This document shows, one piece after another, positions 40,901 through 49,777 of a stretch of 55,931 bases of DNA. The DNA lies in IMG/VR virus record IMGVR_UViG_3300010354_000113, positions 1 through 55,931 of that record; one strand, given 5' to 3'. The notes under the pieces were generated by a model. That model was not told where the DNA came from, did no database searches, and saw only the letters and a program-made list of their open reading frames with translations. How positions within the stretch are numbered: the stretch's first letter is position 1; the number at the start of each line of letters is the position of its first letter. Position numbers and translations under genes: made by a program. The DNA comes from a virus (Duplodnaviria; Caudoviricetes).

Positions 40901-42322
40901 GACGAAACCGATACTCTAACCGCTCCAAGTGGCACCAGTGCAACCATCACAAGTATTACTTATAGTGGTGACTCATATGATGCATATCCAACTGCAGCGC
41001 CTTCTTATCCCTCAGATGATAAAGAAGTCATGATTCGTCATAGAAATCATGGTATGCACCAACGCACCAATAATGTGTTGATTGAAGGTGTTGTTTCTGA
41101 AGTGCCACCTACCACTTTGACTACAACTTTAGCACAAGGTGCAACTACTATCCAGGTCCAAGATGCATCTCAATTCCACAAAATTATTGGTGGTGCAAGC
41201 ATTGGTAATCTCAACCCTGGTTATATTAAGATTGATGATGAGTTAATTCAATACTCAGCAATCTCAGTAAATGGGCAAACTCTTACAGTTGCAGTTGGTG
41301 GTAGAGCAGCAAATGGTACTGCTGATGTTGAGCACCCTGCAGGTAGCGTAGTTGAGTGCTATAACCTTGATGGCATTCCTCTGGTAGATATCAATAAACT
41401 CCATAACCATCTGGAGTGTCCATGGATTGATACCTATATGCTCTCTGTTGACCACGTTGCAACCAATGGTATCCGTGCTGGTGGCACCAACTGCTTTGCT
41501 ACTCAGAATGTCCAGTTTGAGTTACTGACACCAACTGTGTCAACTATGGTATTACCACAAACTGAGATTACTGCTCGTGTAAATACTACAACTGCAACAT
41601 CTGTTGGTGATGGTGGTGGTGAAGGTGGGTCCGTACCTCGTGACCAAAATTCCTTCATTAATAATGGTAACTTTATCGACATCGTGCTCAACAGCAAGAA
41701 TATCTTTGCAAGTCCTCAGATGATTGCATCTAAAGTTAATGAAGAGAATGAATTGGATGGTAACAAGTCTCTGACTATGGCAATCGAATTGACAACAGAG
41801 AAGCCAACCCTTTCACCTTGTATTGACCTTGACCGCACTTCTCTGATTACTACTACAAATAGAATCAACTGGTGGCCAGGTGGTCCATCGATATATGGTC
41901 AGCAGCAGAGAATTGACCGCACTCAGGATGTTTCAACTCTTCCAACTGGTGACCAAAATGATGCTGTGTATATCACACGTTTGGCACGTCTTGGTAGAGA
42001 AGCAAGATCTCTGAAGGTCGATTTCCAAATTGCCCGTCACCCAACATGTGAAGTAAGAATTTACTATCGTGCCTTTAAGACTGGTGATGCTGCAGATCCT
42101 AATACTATTGGTTGGGTCCAAATGGCACTGCCAACAAGCAATGCAAACATTGGTGAGACATACGATATTTCTCCTACAGACCAATTCCTGTGGAAAGATT
42201 ATTCATATGAAGCAAGGGGTCTTAACTTCAACGCATTCCAAGTCAAGATTGTTATGAAGTCCAGAAGTCAGGCAAACGTTCCTCTGATTGCTGACCTTCG
42301 TGCTATTGCACTTGCTACATAA
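34997..42322 (+). CDS. VrlC-like / DUF4815 large virion structural protein (2441 aa)
   Basis: N-terminal NLNIAPYFDDFD..KNFYRVLFRPGFPIQARELTTMQSILQNQIE; also DPLAQSF..., WTADQYEDMKF and C-terminal DLRAIALA. Confidence 0.88.
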   Translation: MPQNTNLNIAPYFDDFDKDKNFYRVLFRPGFPIQARELTTMQSILQNQIESIGQHFFKEGSMVIPGQVGYDLDVKAVILQQSFLGVDIETYREQLNGQIIEGITTGVKAKVLYSIPSTESERGYITLYVKYIDSGDTTSGESFKTFQPNEQLLAETEITFGATLIEVGSPFAQLLPVNATAIGSAAYINAGVYFLRGHFVDVQSAYLILDQYSNNPSYRVGLDISESIVTPEDDPSLNDNAAGTSNYAAPGGHRFRIKTSLTKKVIADETDKNFVELLRINNSKVEQFVNATAYSELEKSLARRTYEESGDYVVDTISLKAREQLDDGFNNGVYRAGTRSAQGNIASDDYVTFEVSPGRAYVKGYRTEFLVPQYIDCPKPRDYESVQNSILSFRVGNFVKVYDVYGWPDLTGEGVSKAYQTLELYDDWTIGNAYNTVGRVIGRARTIQLQINTNATYNLWFFDPQMFTAINFATGNNSVTVGDVLTGRTSGAKGFVADAGSGTFCMLEQVTGVFVNGEVLERDGRVIGTMEAAHTYSITDVRSCRGRNNNNQIIFGANWLLNDQKEIEASTVTIDQGTGEIIGFRTKFANDLRPGDVITPTQTSAEGENSLRITRVNPSAIAVSSGNTYSGAGGNYIFDYLNQEAKIDGTLKKGTVTDGEYATIARLRPFVFQKDYQDGEMSIDCARNSMRSITDESFFVYRTFANKTVVAGGITVSLPESEQFASLDNENYILTVMAENGSAWDVGDNLDIDNLNDTDVLTVTFGADRQSITISGLTNVQTVKLTALVSKNIVTRKIKTASKMRAMKVVRTQNNNDVQKYGLAYGNLYGTRIEDREISFGLNDVYHIQAVYESEDNNDASPPYVVLQNPTFFDNGSVVIGKTSGARGRVIQFINSTLRLYFVALNEIPFQAGEQIDGVDDNGVPLTAIIDDAEGSVFKGSKVITTQFELDAGQKSHFYDVCKMIRLPGFSAPIRKIMVVFDYFLHESSGDYFSAQSYTGIGYKDIPKYKLDGSINWLRDQIDFRPAIGELASGTGTITAPFYVNCASLDFSARQFDTSGGAGGSTIFDVPKVNTEIRFDYTYYIPRAAKLFLTHDNQLKIVNGASHPEMPHPDNIQNAMLLATIEMRPYVYDVERDVLVYPEIIRRYTMKDIGDLETRLAHVEYYTALSLLEVQAENTKTYDDNGFDRLKNGYVVDDFTDHTVGDVFNVDYKCSLDFKEGMLRPSHYTTNVPLELNLESSTDIVKTRGNMVILPYEDVAIVTQPYASRTENVNPFNVFTFIGRIDLTPASDDWVDIERLPARVENVEGDFSAVARDLQIDQNGFAPIQWGSWETNWTGEDLISTTQFQNRSGSFSAGGRRLGRLGHGQGQQPLFVHERRTWRVVNNQARQGIRTRVTPKIDRKSLGDSILSQTAIPWVRSRNVAFSIERLKPRTRMYFFFDGVNITNYVTPKVIELTKSSTQDPNTNETPFVVGETVVGQTSGCRLRVAPANDGYKTDPYGVGTASLLESYASQTPYLNIDTMAMAESVNPNFYGNVLTGEVLIGQTSGARAIVRDRRLLTDNIGTMIGTFFIPSPKNDSNPRWATGTRTIRVTSNATNDKTPGNVDSSADTTYTASGQLRVVRENILAIRNADIVRDTVSDERTVITTRTEDRQIGWYDPLAQSFIIDEEGGVFLTGVDVFFRTKDENIPISMQIRTMENGYPTKDILPFSDTTISPDQVELSENAAIPTRFTFRSPVYIKQSIEYCFVLLSDSNEYNVWISRMGDIDVSGTRTISEQPYAGVLFKSQNASTWTADQYEDMKFTIYRAEFVANRGTAIFNNAELGKGNGGIHNLIENPIQTLKPTQQLQLPVGQNYNFTIGARITQSPSGASGTIKEFDAVSDPEIITISDIEGIFSAGFLDANGDTFQGLASSQSVATIVLSAIYNGVFEIGDEVTGSTSNASGIVTNYTAGTNTLTLNYISKEFDETDTLTAPSGTSATITSITYSGDSYDAYPTAAPSYPSDDKEVMIRHRNHGMHQRTNNVLIEGVVSEVPPTTLTTTLAQGATTIQVQDASQFHKIIGGASIGNLNPGYIKIDDELIQYSAISVNGQTLTVAVGGRAANGTADVEHPAGSVVECYNLDGIPLVDINKLHNHLECPWIDTYMLSVDHVATNGIRAGGTNCFATQNVQFELLTPTVSTMVLPQTEITARVNTTTATSVGDGGGEGGSVPRDQNSFINNGNFIDIVLNSKNIFASPQMIASKVNEENELDGNKSLTMAIELTTEKPTLSPCIDLDRTSLITTTNRINWWPGGPSIYGQQQRIDRTQDVSTLPTGDQNDAVYITRLARLGREARSLKVDFQIARHPTCEVRIYYRAFKTGDAADPNTIGWVQMALPTSNANIGETYDISPTDQFLWKDYSYEARGLNFNAFQVKIVMKSRSQANVPLIADLRAIALAT

Positions 42323-42331
42323 TAAGTACTA

Positions 42332-42364
42332 GAGAGGGTGTTTATCAACCCTCTCATGGTTGAT
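42332..42364. other. Two overlapping, mutually exclusive hairpins after the VrlC-like gene
   Basis: GAGAGGGT(42332-42339)/ACCCTCTC(42348-42355) and ATCAACC(42344-42350)/GGTTGAT(42358-42364). Confidence 0.6.
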
Positions 42365-42391
42365 TATAATTAATTCTGGATACTATGTCAA
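42363..42391 (-). promoter_or_regulatory. Consensus sigma70 promoter on the minus strand, antisense to the baseplate genes
   Basis: The minus strand reads TTGACA (42391-42386), 17 nt, TATAAT (42368-42363). Confidence 0.75.
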
Positions 42392-42669
42392 GCCCATACT
42401 CAGGACCTAGCGACGATATCAATCTTTTCAAACCAGGACTTATTCCAGTCGAAGGTAAAGAAGGTTGGTATCGAGACCCAGACTCCATGGCTATTGTCAA
42501 TTGCAATGCTACGGAGTATGATAACTATATGGCAGCATACCATCGCCGTCATAATAAAGACAAAAAACTAGAGTCTTTACAAGGCGAAGTAAGTGCGCTA
42601 AAATCAGACCTTGGTGAAATCAAAGACCTACTCAAATCATTAGTTAAAGGAGAACAAGATGACCGCTGA
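42385..42669 (+). CDS. Hypothetical protein with a C-terminal coiled coil (94 aa)
   Basis: Intact ORF; LIPVEG..GWYRD..SMAIVN followed by LESLQGEVSALKSDLGEIKDLL. Confidence 0.75.
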   Translation: MSSPYSGPSDDINLFKPGLIPVEGKEGWYRDPDSMAIVNCNATEYDNYMAAYHRRHNKDKKLESLQGEVSALKSDLGEIKDLLKSLVKGEQDDR

Positions 42670-42868
42670 AGTGACAGAAACTATGGATCAAGAGACTCTT
42701 CTCACACAGTTTCGGACCCGCTATGAAACACTGGTTCGTCAGAATCAGGAGATGGCAAAACAAATCAAAGAGAATGAAACTACTGCCCTGAAACTCCTTG
42801 GAGCTATTGAGACTCTGGAGTATCTTGGTGGGAATAATGAAGCACCGACAGAAGAAGCTGCTGAATGA
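42659..42868 (+). CDS. Small coiled-coil hypothetical protein (69 aa)
   Basis: RBS AAGGAG; overlaps the previous ORF; ends just before a terminator. Confidence 0.75.
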   Translation: MTAEVTETMDQETLLTQFRTRYETLVRQNQEMAKQIKENETTALKLLGAIETLEYLGGNNEAPTEEAAE

Positions 42869-42873
42869 GCAGC

Positions 42874-42894
42874 ACCCCCGAAAGGGGGTTTTTT
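42874..42894 (+). terminator. Rho-independent terminator
   Basis: ACCCCC-GAAA-GGGGGT stem with a GNRA tetraloop, then a T tract. Confidence 0.92.
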
Positions 42895-42901
42895 ATTACG
42901 C

Positions 42902-42908
42902 ATAAATA
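42902..42908 (+). promoter_or_regulatory. Late promoter (ATAAATA) for the fibre/neck genes
   Basis: Immediately after the terminator, 44 nt before the fibre ATG. Confidence 0.7.
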
Positions 42909-42952
42909 AACAAGAAAGACTGTATGCAGTTGTTGCAGGATCCTTATAAGCA

Positions 42953-45900
42953 ATGGCAAATAGAATTCAATTAAGACGAGATGGCGCTCAGCAGTGGGCA
43001 AACGTTAACCCAATTCTTGCGCAAGGAGAGTTGGGAATCGAGATTGATACCTCGCGTATCAAGATCGGTGATGGCGTTACTGCATGGAACTCTCTAAAAT
43101 ACGAGAGACCAATTGAGACAGAATCAAACACAGCAAACACGTTGGTTAAACGCAATGCTGACGGTAACTTTGAAGCGGGTGCTATTACAGCATCTCTGGT
43201 TGGTAATGCATCTACTGCAACTCGATTGGCAAACGCTCGCACCATCGGACTGGGCGGCGACATGTCTGGTAGTGGCACGTTTGACGGATCCTCAAACCTG
43301 ACCATTACTGCAGAATTGAATTATGTGCCTGCGCTTCCTCACTATGATCCTGCAAACTTGGATGCAACTGGTACCTACACTCGTATTACAGTTGACTCTC
43401 GCGGTCGCATTGTTGATGCTGATAGTCCAACAACTCTGACAGACTTTGGTATTGCTGACGCACAGCCATTAGATACTGACTTAACCTCACTCGCCAACAT
43501 GACGGGTTTTGGTTTCATTTCCCGTCAGGCAGAAGGCACTCTGGTAAACCGCACCATCACTGGTGGTAGTGGTCGTATTATTGTCCAGAATGGTAATGCT
43601 CAGACAGCAAACCCATTTATTGACTTAGCAGATACCACAGTTGTTGTTGGTAAGTATAACCCCATCGCATCGATGGACCCCTTGGTGAATCCAAGAGTTT
43701 CAGCAACAACTGGTGAGCAAACTGTTAACACTTGTAATATTCAAGTTGACAGATATGGTCGCTTGATTTATGCTAATACCTCACCAATCGCGACTGCGAC
43801 GCAGGGGGCAAAGTCTGGAACATCTTTCACCACTTACGATAACTCTACTGCGTATCCTAGATTTTCCAAGATTATTGCAAGCAACGGGCGTTGCTATCAG
43901 GCAGCAATTAGAGACATCCCAGCAGGTCTTGGAGAGCCAACCCATAACACACAACTTGGCGCTGCAGACGATCAGGGTGGATGGAGAGACCTGGGTACTG
44001 ATGCCGTCGAGCAAAAGGGTCTGGCGAGTTTCGACCAAGAAGATTTCGATGTAGATGCAAATGGCCATGTGACGATTGCTGATAGAGCAATCGAAAACTC
44101 ACAACTTCAGTCTCTGGGTAGACTGATGTTTACTGACCAAAACGTAACGGAGACATTCGAACTTGACCCCGAGCGCACGGTTAATAATGCTTATCATGGC
44201 ATTACCGCTATTAATCACGTTAATATTAACAACAGGACTGGCACTAGCGTCTTCCGTGTCGTTGGCTATAATACTGCTGAGTATCCTTTCCAACCAGGAA
44301 TTCTCCCTCAGGGATCTTCCTATCCCGCTGTTGCTGCTGATGCTCAATACGGCAATGGCAGTGCAGACTGGGGATCAAGTCTTACTGGCGCTATTGACAT
44401 TAATCTCGATACTACCGTTAGTGGTAACATTACTCTTGACGTTAGTAAGACGAATCAGTTTATAAAGCGCACTAGCGGTAACGTTGACTTCCATCTTGAA
44501 GTCAATGAAGCAGCATCACGCAACCTGAATATCTTTGCTGAGAATGCCAATGCTGGTGGTCTTGCAAATATTAACATCATTGCAGATAACGAAATCACAA
44601 TTACCAGCACAGACGGTAACTATTTCGTTAACGTAGAAGATTACAGATTCCAGCAGAATACTCTTAGCACTCGTAATGCTACGATGATTCTGGACCCAGG
44701 CGATGATGATGCTGCAACTGGTCTGGTTATTGTCCGTGGTGACCTGCAGGTAGACGGTGTAACTACAACTGTTAATTCTGTTGTAATGACTGTCCAAGAC
44801 CCCATCATTACTCTTGGTGGTGAGGATACCTTAACGAGTGATGACAATAAAGACCGTGGTATCGAGTTTAGATATTATGATACTCAACAGCGTTTTGGAT
44901 TCTTTGGTTGGGATGAAAATTATGCGAATGCTAATATGTGGAGTGGCACTGGCGGCTATCGCTTCCTCTACAATGCGACTAACACCAATGAAGTTTTTAC
45001 TGGCACTGACGCTGCTCTCATTGCTGGTAACCTCAGACTCACGACCAACACAAACTCCAGCAGCACAACAACTGGCACTCTAGTTGTTACTGGTGGTTTC
45101 GGTCTGTCTGGTAATGCACATATTGGCGGCAACGTAACCATTGCAGACTATCTGGAAGTCAACGATTCGATTATCCTTAGAAGTGATAACGAAGACTTCC
45201 TGATTCAGACAACTGCTGGTGTCACTAAGTTTAGTGTAGACTCAGATACTGGCAACACCGTCATCGAGGGCACACTGGATGTGCAACTTGAGACTGAAAT
45301 TACTGACAACCTTATTATTTCCGCTGATGCAAAAGAATTCATTATTCGCACCGCTGCTGGTGTTAATAAGTTTACCGTTGATACTGACAACGGTAACACA
45401 GATATCCAGGGCACTGTCCATGTTGTCGGTGCAGTAGATATTGATAGCACTCTAAACGTTGATAGTGCGGTAACCTTCAACAGCACTCTGGATGTTGATG
45501 ATGATGTAGTTTTCCACAATGACTTCCTGATGGATGTTACTGGTAAATTCTTCACCATCACTAATGGGTCATCTCAGACATTCCGAGTAACGTCCACAAA
45601 CGGCAACACTGATATTGAAGGTAGTCTGAATATTGGTGGTTTCAATACATTTGAGCGCACCAACAACATTACTGTTGATGCTACTACATCTGAGTCCGAT
45701 ATTACTATCAGTTCCCAGGGCAATGCCACCTTTGCTGGTGGTGTTAACATTGAAAAGGATGTCCGTATCGCAACTGACCTTTATGTTGCTGACCGTATCG
45801 TAGTTAAGGATGCTGGCACTGCTCGCACACGTCCCTCACTACTGAATAACCTTGACGTTAAGTATCGCCAATATATTGGTGGTAGCGCAGCACATAATGC

Positions 45901-48900
45901 AAACTTTGCTGACGATGCAGACGCAAACCTGAGAATTGCTGGCGGCGTTGGTATTGTCCAAGACCTTCATGTTGGTGACGACTTCTACGTTGGTAAAGTT
46001 GGCAGTCTTGATACTATTGAATTTAGTATTCTTGGTGAGTCTGGTTACACTACCATCGGTCGTGTTGGTCAAGGTAACGCTACTGATGGCGCTCTGGTTG
46101 TCCATGGTGATGCAACATTCAACCGTGAATTCAACATCACTGGTTACAACACAACCATTGGTGACGCTGCAACTGATGCATTCAGTATTAATGCGACCTC
46201 AACTTTCAATGCTCCCGTAACTATTTCGGGATCTAATAATCTTTCTGTTGGTGGTAACATTACAGTTACTGGAAACCTGACCGTTAACGGAAGCACAACA
46301 ACTGTAAATTCAACAACAATAACGGTTGACGATCCTATCATTACTTTAGGTGGAGATACTGTACCTGTTTCTGATGATACAAAAGATAGAGGAGTTGAAT
46401 TCCGTTATTACGCTTCAGGTGCCGCTAGACTCGGTTTCTTTGGTTGGGATAACTCAGCAGGTCGTTATACCTTTTTCAACGCTGCTACAAACTCTTCTGA
46501 GGTATTTTCGGGGACCAGATCTGGTATTGATGCTGGTAGTCTGAAACTGTTTGATACTACGAATGCAATCAACTCTGCATCTGGCACACTGGTTGTTGGT
46601 GGTGGTGTTGGTATCGGTCTCAAACTGTTTGTTGGCACTGACCTCTCTGTGGGCGGAACTGCATCTATTACAGGTGCAACTACGATGTCCAGCACCCTGA
46701 GTGTTGCTGATGACTTCAACGTATCGACAACCTTCACAGTTGATGCTCAGACTGGTAACACATTTGCAAATGGCACATTCACAGTCAATGGCAACTCGGT
46801 AATTGGTAATGCTGGGTCTGACTCACACACCATTAATGGCACTGTGCTGTTTAACCATGCAATCACTTCAACTGATATTACTGCCGACCAGATTAAAATT
46901 GGTGTTGATGCATCAAATGAAATTAGCACAACTGCAGGTAATTTAATTCTGGATTCCTTCAGTGGCACTGTTAATATTACTGACAATGCTGATATTGATG
47001 GTGACTTGAATGTTGATGGTAATACTTTACTTGTTGGCACTCTGGCAGTAAATGGCAATACTACCATTGGTAACCAGTCTACAGATGCACATACCGTTAA
47101 TGGCACAGTGCAGTTTAACCAGGCACTGACTGGCTCTGCTCGTGCAAATATTCGTAATCTTAAGATTGGCACAGATGCTGATAATGAAATCGGCACACTT
47201 GCTGGCAACTTGGTGTTAGATTCCACTACAGGTCTGACTTATGTGGATGATAACCTGCAGGTAGTTGGCACTCTTGTGGTTGGTGGTAATACCACTATTG
47301 GTGACGCTGGAACTGATGCTCATACTATTAATGGCACAGTAACATTTAATAATCCAATTACATCAACTGATATCACTGCAGATAACATCAAGATTGGTAT
47401 TGATGGTTCTTCTGAAATCAGCACAACTGCTGGTAACTTAACTCTGGATTCTGCAACTGGTAGCACAATCATTGATGATAATTTATCAGTGACTGGCACC
47501 ATTGTATCAACTGGTCTTATTACTGCTAATGCTGGATTAACTATTTCTGGATCTACTGGTGCTGGCGAAGACTTCATTATTACTGATGGCACCAATACTA
47601 AATTTAGTGTAACATCTGCTGCTGGTAATACACTAATCTCTGGCACTTTAGGTGTAACTGGGGCTACTACATTCTCAAGCACAACTGCACATACTGGTGC
47701 TGCAACATTCTCATCAACTGCTTCTATTGCTGGTGATGTTAATATCACGTCAACCACCAATCCCAATATTGGCCCAGTATTTCTTAACTTGCTAACCCCA
47801 GCATTTAAAGTTGCTGGTGGTGCACAAGTTGGCGGTAAAATGGCAGTTGGTCAGGACCTGACGGTATTTGGTAACTTTGAAGTTGTTGGATCTGTTGCCA
47901 CGAGTGGCAACCAGGCATTCAGTGGTAGAGTTTCTTTCACCAAGAATGAAACACCCTCATCTCTGACTGGTAATGCTCCACTAATGGTTACATCTGGTGG
48001 TGCAACAATCGCTACAGACCTGTTTGTTGGCGATGATATCTTTATTGGACCAAATGCTGCTACTAAAATTTCTCTGTTTGGCGCAACTGGTAATGCAACA
48101 TTTGCTGGCACTTTAGGTGTAACTGGTGCAACCACATTAACAACCCTTGCTTGCTCAACCATCACCGTCTCAGGTTCTGCAAACATTACAGGATCTCTGC
48201 TGATTAACACCAACAAGTTTACAGTTACTGCATCTACTGGTAACACTGCTATTGCAGGCACACTTAACGTGACTGGCAACACAATTCTTGCTGCCAACCT
48301 CACGGTTAATAATGCAGTTGACTTTGATAGCACACTTAACGTTGATGGTGCTGCTACATTCAACAGCACTATCACACAAAACAGCACATCACTCTTCAAG
48401 GATAACTTTGTCCTTCAAGGTGCTTCTAAGACCATGCAACTCAAGGATGGTGCTGGTAATGTCAAGGTTGAATTGCAGACAACTACTGGTAACATCACTG
48501 CTAATGGTTTAATCACCACCAGCACGCTTGCAGCGACCTCTAACGTCACAATTGGTGGCACTCTGGGAGTTACTGGTCAAATTACTGGTAATGTAACTGG
48601 TAATCTCACTGGCACTGCCGACAAGTCTAACCTTGTCAATATCACTGAGACTGCGACTTCTAACCTGACATACTACATACCCTTTGTTTCTGCCAACACT
48701 GGATATACTGAGGTCCGCACAGACTCTTCAAACCTTACTTATAATCCCAGCACAAACACACTGCAGGTCAACAACTTCAAGTCAACCACCGACTTTGAAG
48801 TGCAGGGTAACTTGAATGTGACTGGAAATATTACTTTCTTCCAATCACAAGTTGGTAGTATTGCAAACCATACTACCGATGCTCTTGCTGAGGGTAGCAC

Positions 48901-49771
48901 AAATCTCTACTTCACTAATGAGCGTGTTGATGACCGTGTTGCTGCTTTGATTAATGGTGGCACAGGTATCGCTGCAGTATACGATGATGCAAATAACATC
49001 CTCGGTCTGTCGGTTGACTTTGGTGAAATCAGCACTAGCAACTTGACGGAGGGTACAAACCTCTTCTTTACGAATGCTCGTGCTCGTGCTGCAATTAGCG
49101 CCTCTGGGTCACTTTCATACGACAGTGGCACTGGTGTTATTTCTTATACAACTCCAACCACAATTGCTTCACTGAGCAACCACACCACAACTGCTCTTGT
49201 TGAAGGCACCAACCTTTATTATACAGACGAAAGAGTTGATGATAGAGTTTCATCTCTTATCGTTGGTGGCACTGGTATCAGCAGCACATACAATGATGCT
49301 GGAAATAGTTTAACTCTCGCTGTTGATTTTACGGAATTCAGCACAACAAATATTACTGAAGGCACTAATCAATACTTTACAACTGCTCGCGCTCGCTCAT
49401 CGATTAGTGTATCTGGTTCACTGTCCTACAATAGTGGCACGGGTGTTATCTCCTACACTGCACCCACATATGCAACTGTTGCTACCTCTGGTGCTTATAG
49501 CGACCTGTCTGGTACGCCAACAATCAGTGCATTTGGTGCATCTCTTATTGATGATGCAACTGCATCTGCTGCTCGCACCACTCTGGGTCTTGGCACCGCT
49601 GCTACTACAAACAGCACTGCATATGCAACTGCTGCCCAGGGCACAACAGCAGATGATACTAATAGTGACCTGACTGCGCTCTACAGTGCTTTGAATGCGA
49701 TTGGTAATGACGCTGGTATCGCAACTGTTGCCCAACTCAAGGCTGCTCTCGCTGCTCTCACTCGCCCCTGA
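42953..49771 (+). CDS. Long tail-fibre / fibre-like protein (2272 aa) with an Mtd_N-like N-terminus
   Basis: MANRIQLRRD....W...NPILAQGELGIE.DT.RIKIGDG.TAWNSL.Y; T/G/S/N/V-rich beta-strand repeats throughout. Confidence 0.85.
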   Translation: MANRIQLRRDGAQQWANVNPILAQGELGIEIDTSRIKIGDGVTAWNSLKYERPIETESNTANTLVKRNADGNFEAGAITASLVGNASTATRLANARTIGLGGDMSGSGTFDGSSNLTITAELNYVPALPHYDPANLDATGTYTRITVDSRGRIVDADSPTTLTDFGIADAQPLDTDLTSLANMTGFGFISRQAEGTLVNRTITGGSGRIIVQNGNAQTANPFIDLADTTVVVGKYNPIASMDPLVNPRVSATTGEQTVNTCNIQVDRYGRLIYANTSPIATATQGAKSGTSFTTYDNSTAYPRFSKIIASNGRCYQAAIRDIPAGLGEPTHNTQLGAADDQGGWRDLGTDAVEQKGLASFDQEDFDVDANGHVTIADRAIENSQLQSLGRLMFTDQNVTETFELDPERTVNNAYHGITAINHVNINNRTGTSVFRVVGYNTAEYPFQPGILPQGSSYPAVAADAQYGNGSADWGSSLTGAIDINLDTTVSGNITLDVSKTNQFIKRTSGNVDFHLEVNEAASRNLNIFAENANAGGLANINIIADNEITITSTDGNYFVNVEDYRFQQNTLSTRNATMILDPGDDDAATGLVIVRGDLQVDGVTTTVNSVVMTVQDPIITLGGEDTLTSDDNKDRGIEFRYYDTQQRFGFFGWDENYANANMWSGTGGYRFLYNATNTNEVFTGTDAALIAGNLRLTTNTNSSSTTTGTLVVTGGFGLSGNAHIGGNVTIADYLEVNDSIILRSDNEDFLIQTTAGVTKFSVDSDTGNTVIEGTLDVQLETEITDNLIISADAKEFIIRTAAGVNKFTVDTDNGNTDIQGTVHVVGAVDIDSTLNVDSAVTFNSTLDVDDDVVFHNDFLMDVTGKFFTITNGSSQTFRVTSTNGNTDIEGSLNIGGFNTFERTNNITVDATTSESDITISSQGNATFAGGVNIEKDVRIATDLYVADRIVVKDAGTARTRPSLLNNLDVKYRQYIGGSAAHNANFADDADANLRIAGGVGIVQDLHVGDDFYVGKVGSLDTIEFSILGESGYTTIGRVGQGNATDGALVVHGDATFNREFNITGYNTTIGDAATDAFSINATSTFNAPVTISGSNNLSVGGNITVTGNLTVNGSTTTVNSTTITVDDPIITLGGDTVPVSDDTKDRGVEFRYYASGAARLGFFGWDNSAGRYTFFNAATNSSEVFSGTRSGIDAGSLKLFDTTNAINSASGTLVVGGGVGIGLKLFVGTDLSVGGTASITGATTMSSTLSVADDFNVSTTFTVDAQTGNTFANGTFTVNGNSVIGNAGSDSHTINGTVLFNHAITSTDITADQIKIGVDASNEISTTAGNLILDSFSGTVNITDNADIDGDLNVDGNTLLVGTLAVNGNTTIGNQSTDAHTVNGTVQFNQALTGSARANIRNLKIGTDADNEIGTLAGNLVLDSTTGLTYVDDNLQVVGTLVVGGNTTIGDAGTDAHTINGTVTFNNPITSTDITADNIKIGIDGSSEISTTAGNLTLDSATGSTIIDDNLSVTGTIVSTGLITANAGLTISGSTGAGEDFIITDGTNTKFSVTSAAGNTLISGTLGVTGATTFSSTTAHTGAATFSSTASIAGDVNITSTTNPNIGPVFLNLLTPAFKVAGGAQVGGKMAVGQDLTVFGNFEVVGSVATSGNQAFSGRVSFTKNETPSSLTGNAPLMVTSGGATIATDLFVGDDIFIGPNAATKISLFGATGNATFAGTLGVTGATTLTTLACSTITVSGSANITGSLLINTNKFTVTASTGNTAIAGTLNVTGNTILAANLTVNNAVDFDSTLNVDGAATFNSTITQNSTSLFKDNFVLQGASKTMQLKDGAGNVKVELQTTTGNITANGLITTSTLAATSNVTIGGTLGVTGQITGNVTGNLTGTADKSNLVNITETATSNLTYYIPFVSANTGYTEVRTDSSNLTYNPSTNTLQVNNFKSTTDFEVQGNLNVTGNITFFQSQVGSIANHTTDALAEGSTNLYFTNERVDDRVAALINGGTGIAAVYDDANNILGLSVDFGEISTSNLTEGTNLFFTNARARAAISASGSLSYDSGTGVISYTTPTTIASLSNHTTTALVEGTNLYYTDERVDDRVSSLIVGGTGISSTYNDAGNSLTLAVDFTEFSTTNITEGTNQYFTTARARSSISVSGSLSYNSGTGVISYTAPTYATVATSGAYSDLSGTPTISAFGASLIDDATASAARTTLGLGTAATTNSTAYATAAQGTTADDTNSDLTALYSALNAIGNDAGIATVAQLKAALAALTRP
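44738..49460 (+). repeat. Internal protein repeats of the fibre
   Basis: 2x G.L.V.G.TTTVNS..TV.DPIITLGG...D.KDRG.EFRYY...GFFGWD (about 44738-45007 and 46271-46516); 3x IG.A..D.HT.NGTV.FN...KIG.D...EI.T.AGNL.LDS (about 46802-47490); 4x T....EG.TN.Y/FT..R (about 48869-49460). Confidence 0.8.
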
Positions 49772-49777
49772 TAACTA

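Noticed and set aside
42953-43110. Mtd_N-like N-terminus suggesting a diversity-generating retroelement
   Set aside because: This anchor domain is common in fibres; I saw no reverse transcriptase or adenine-variant TR/VR repeat pair in the window.
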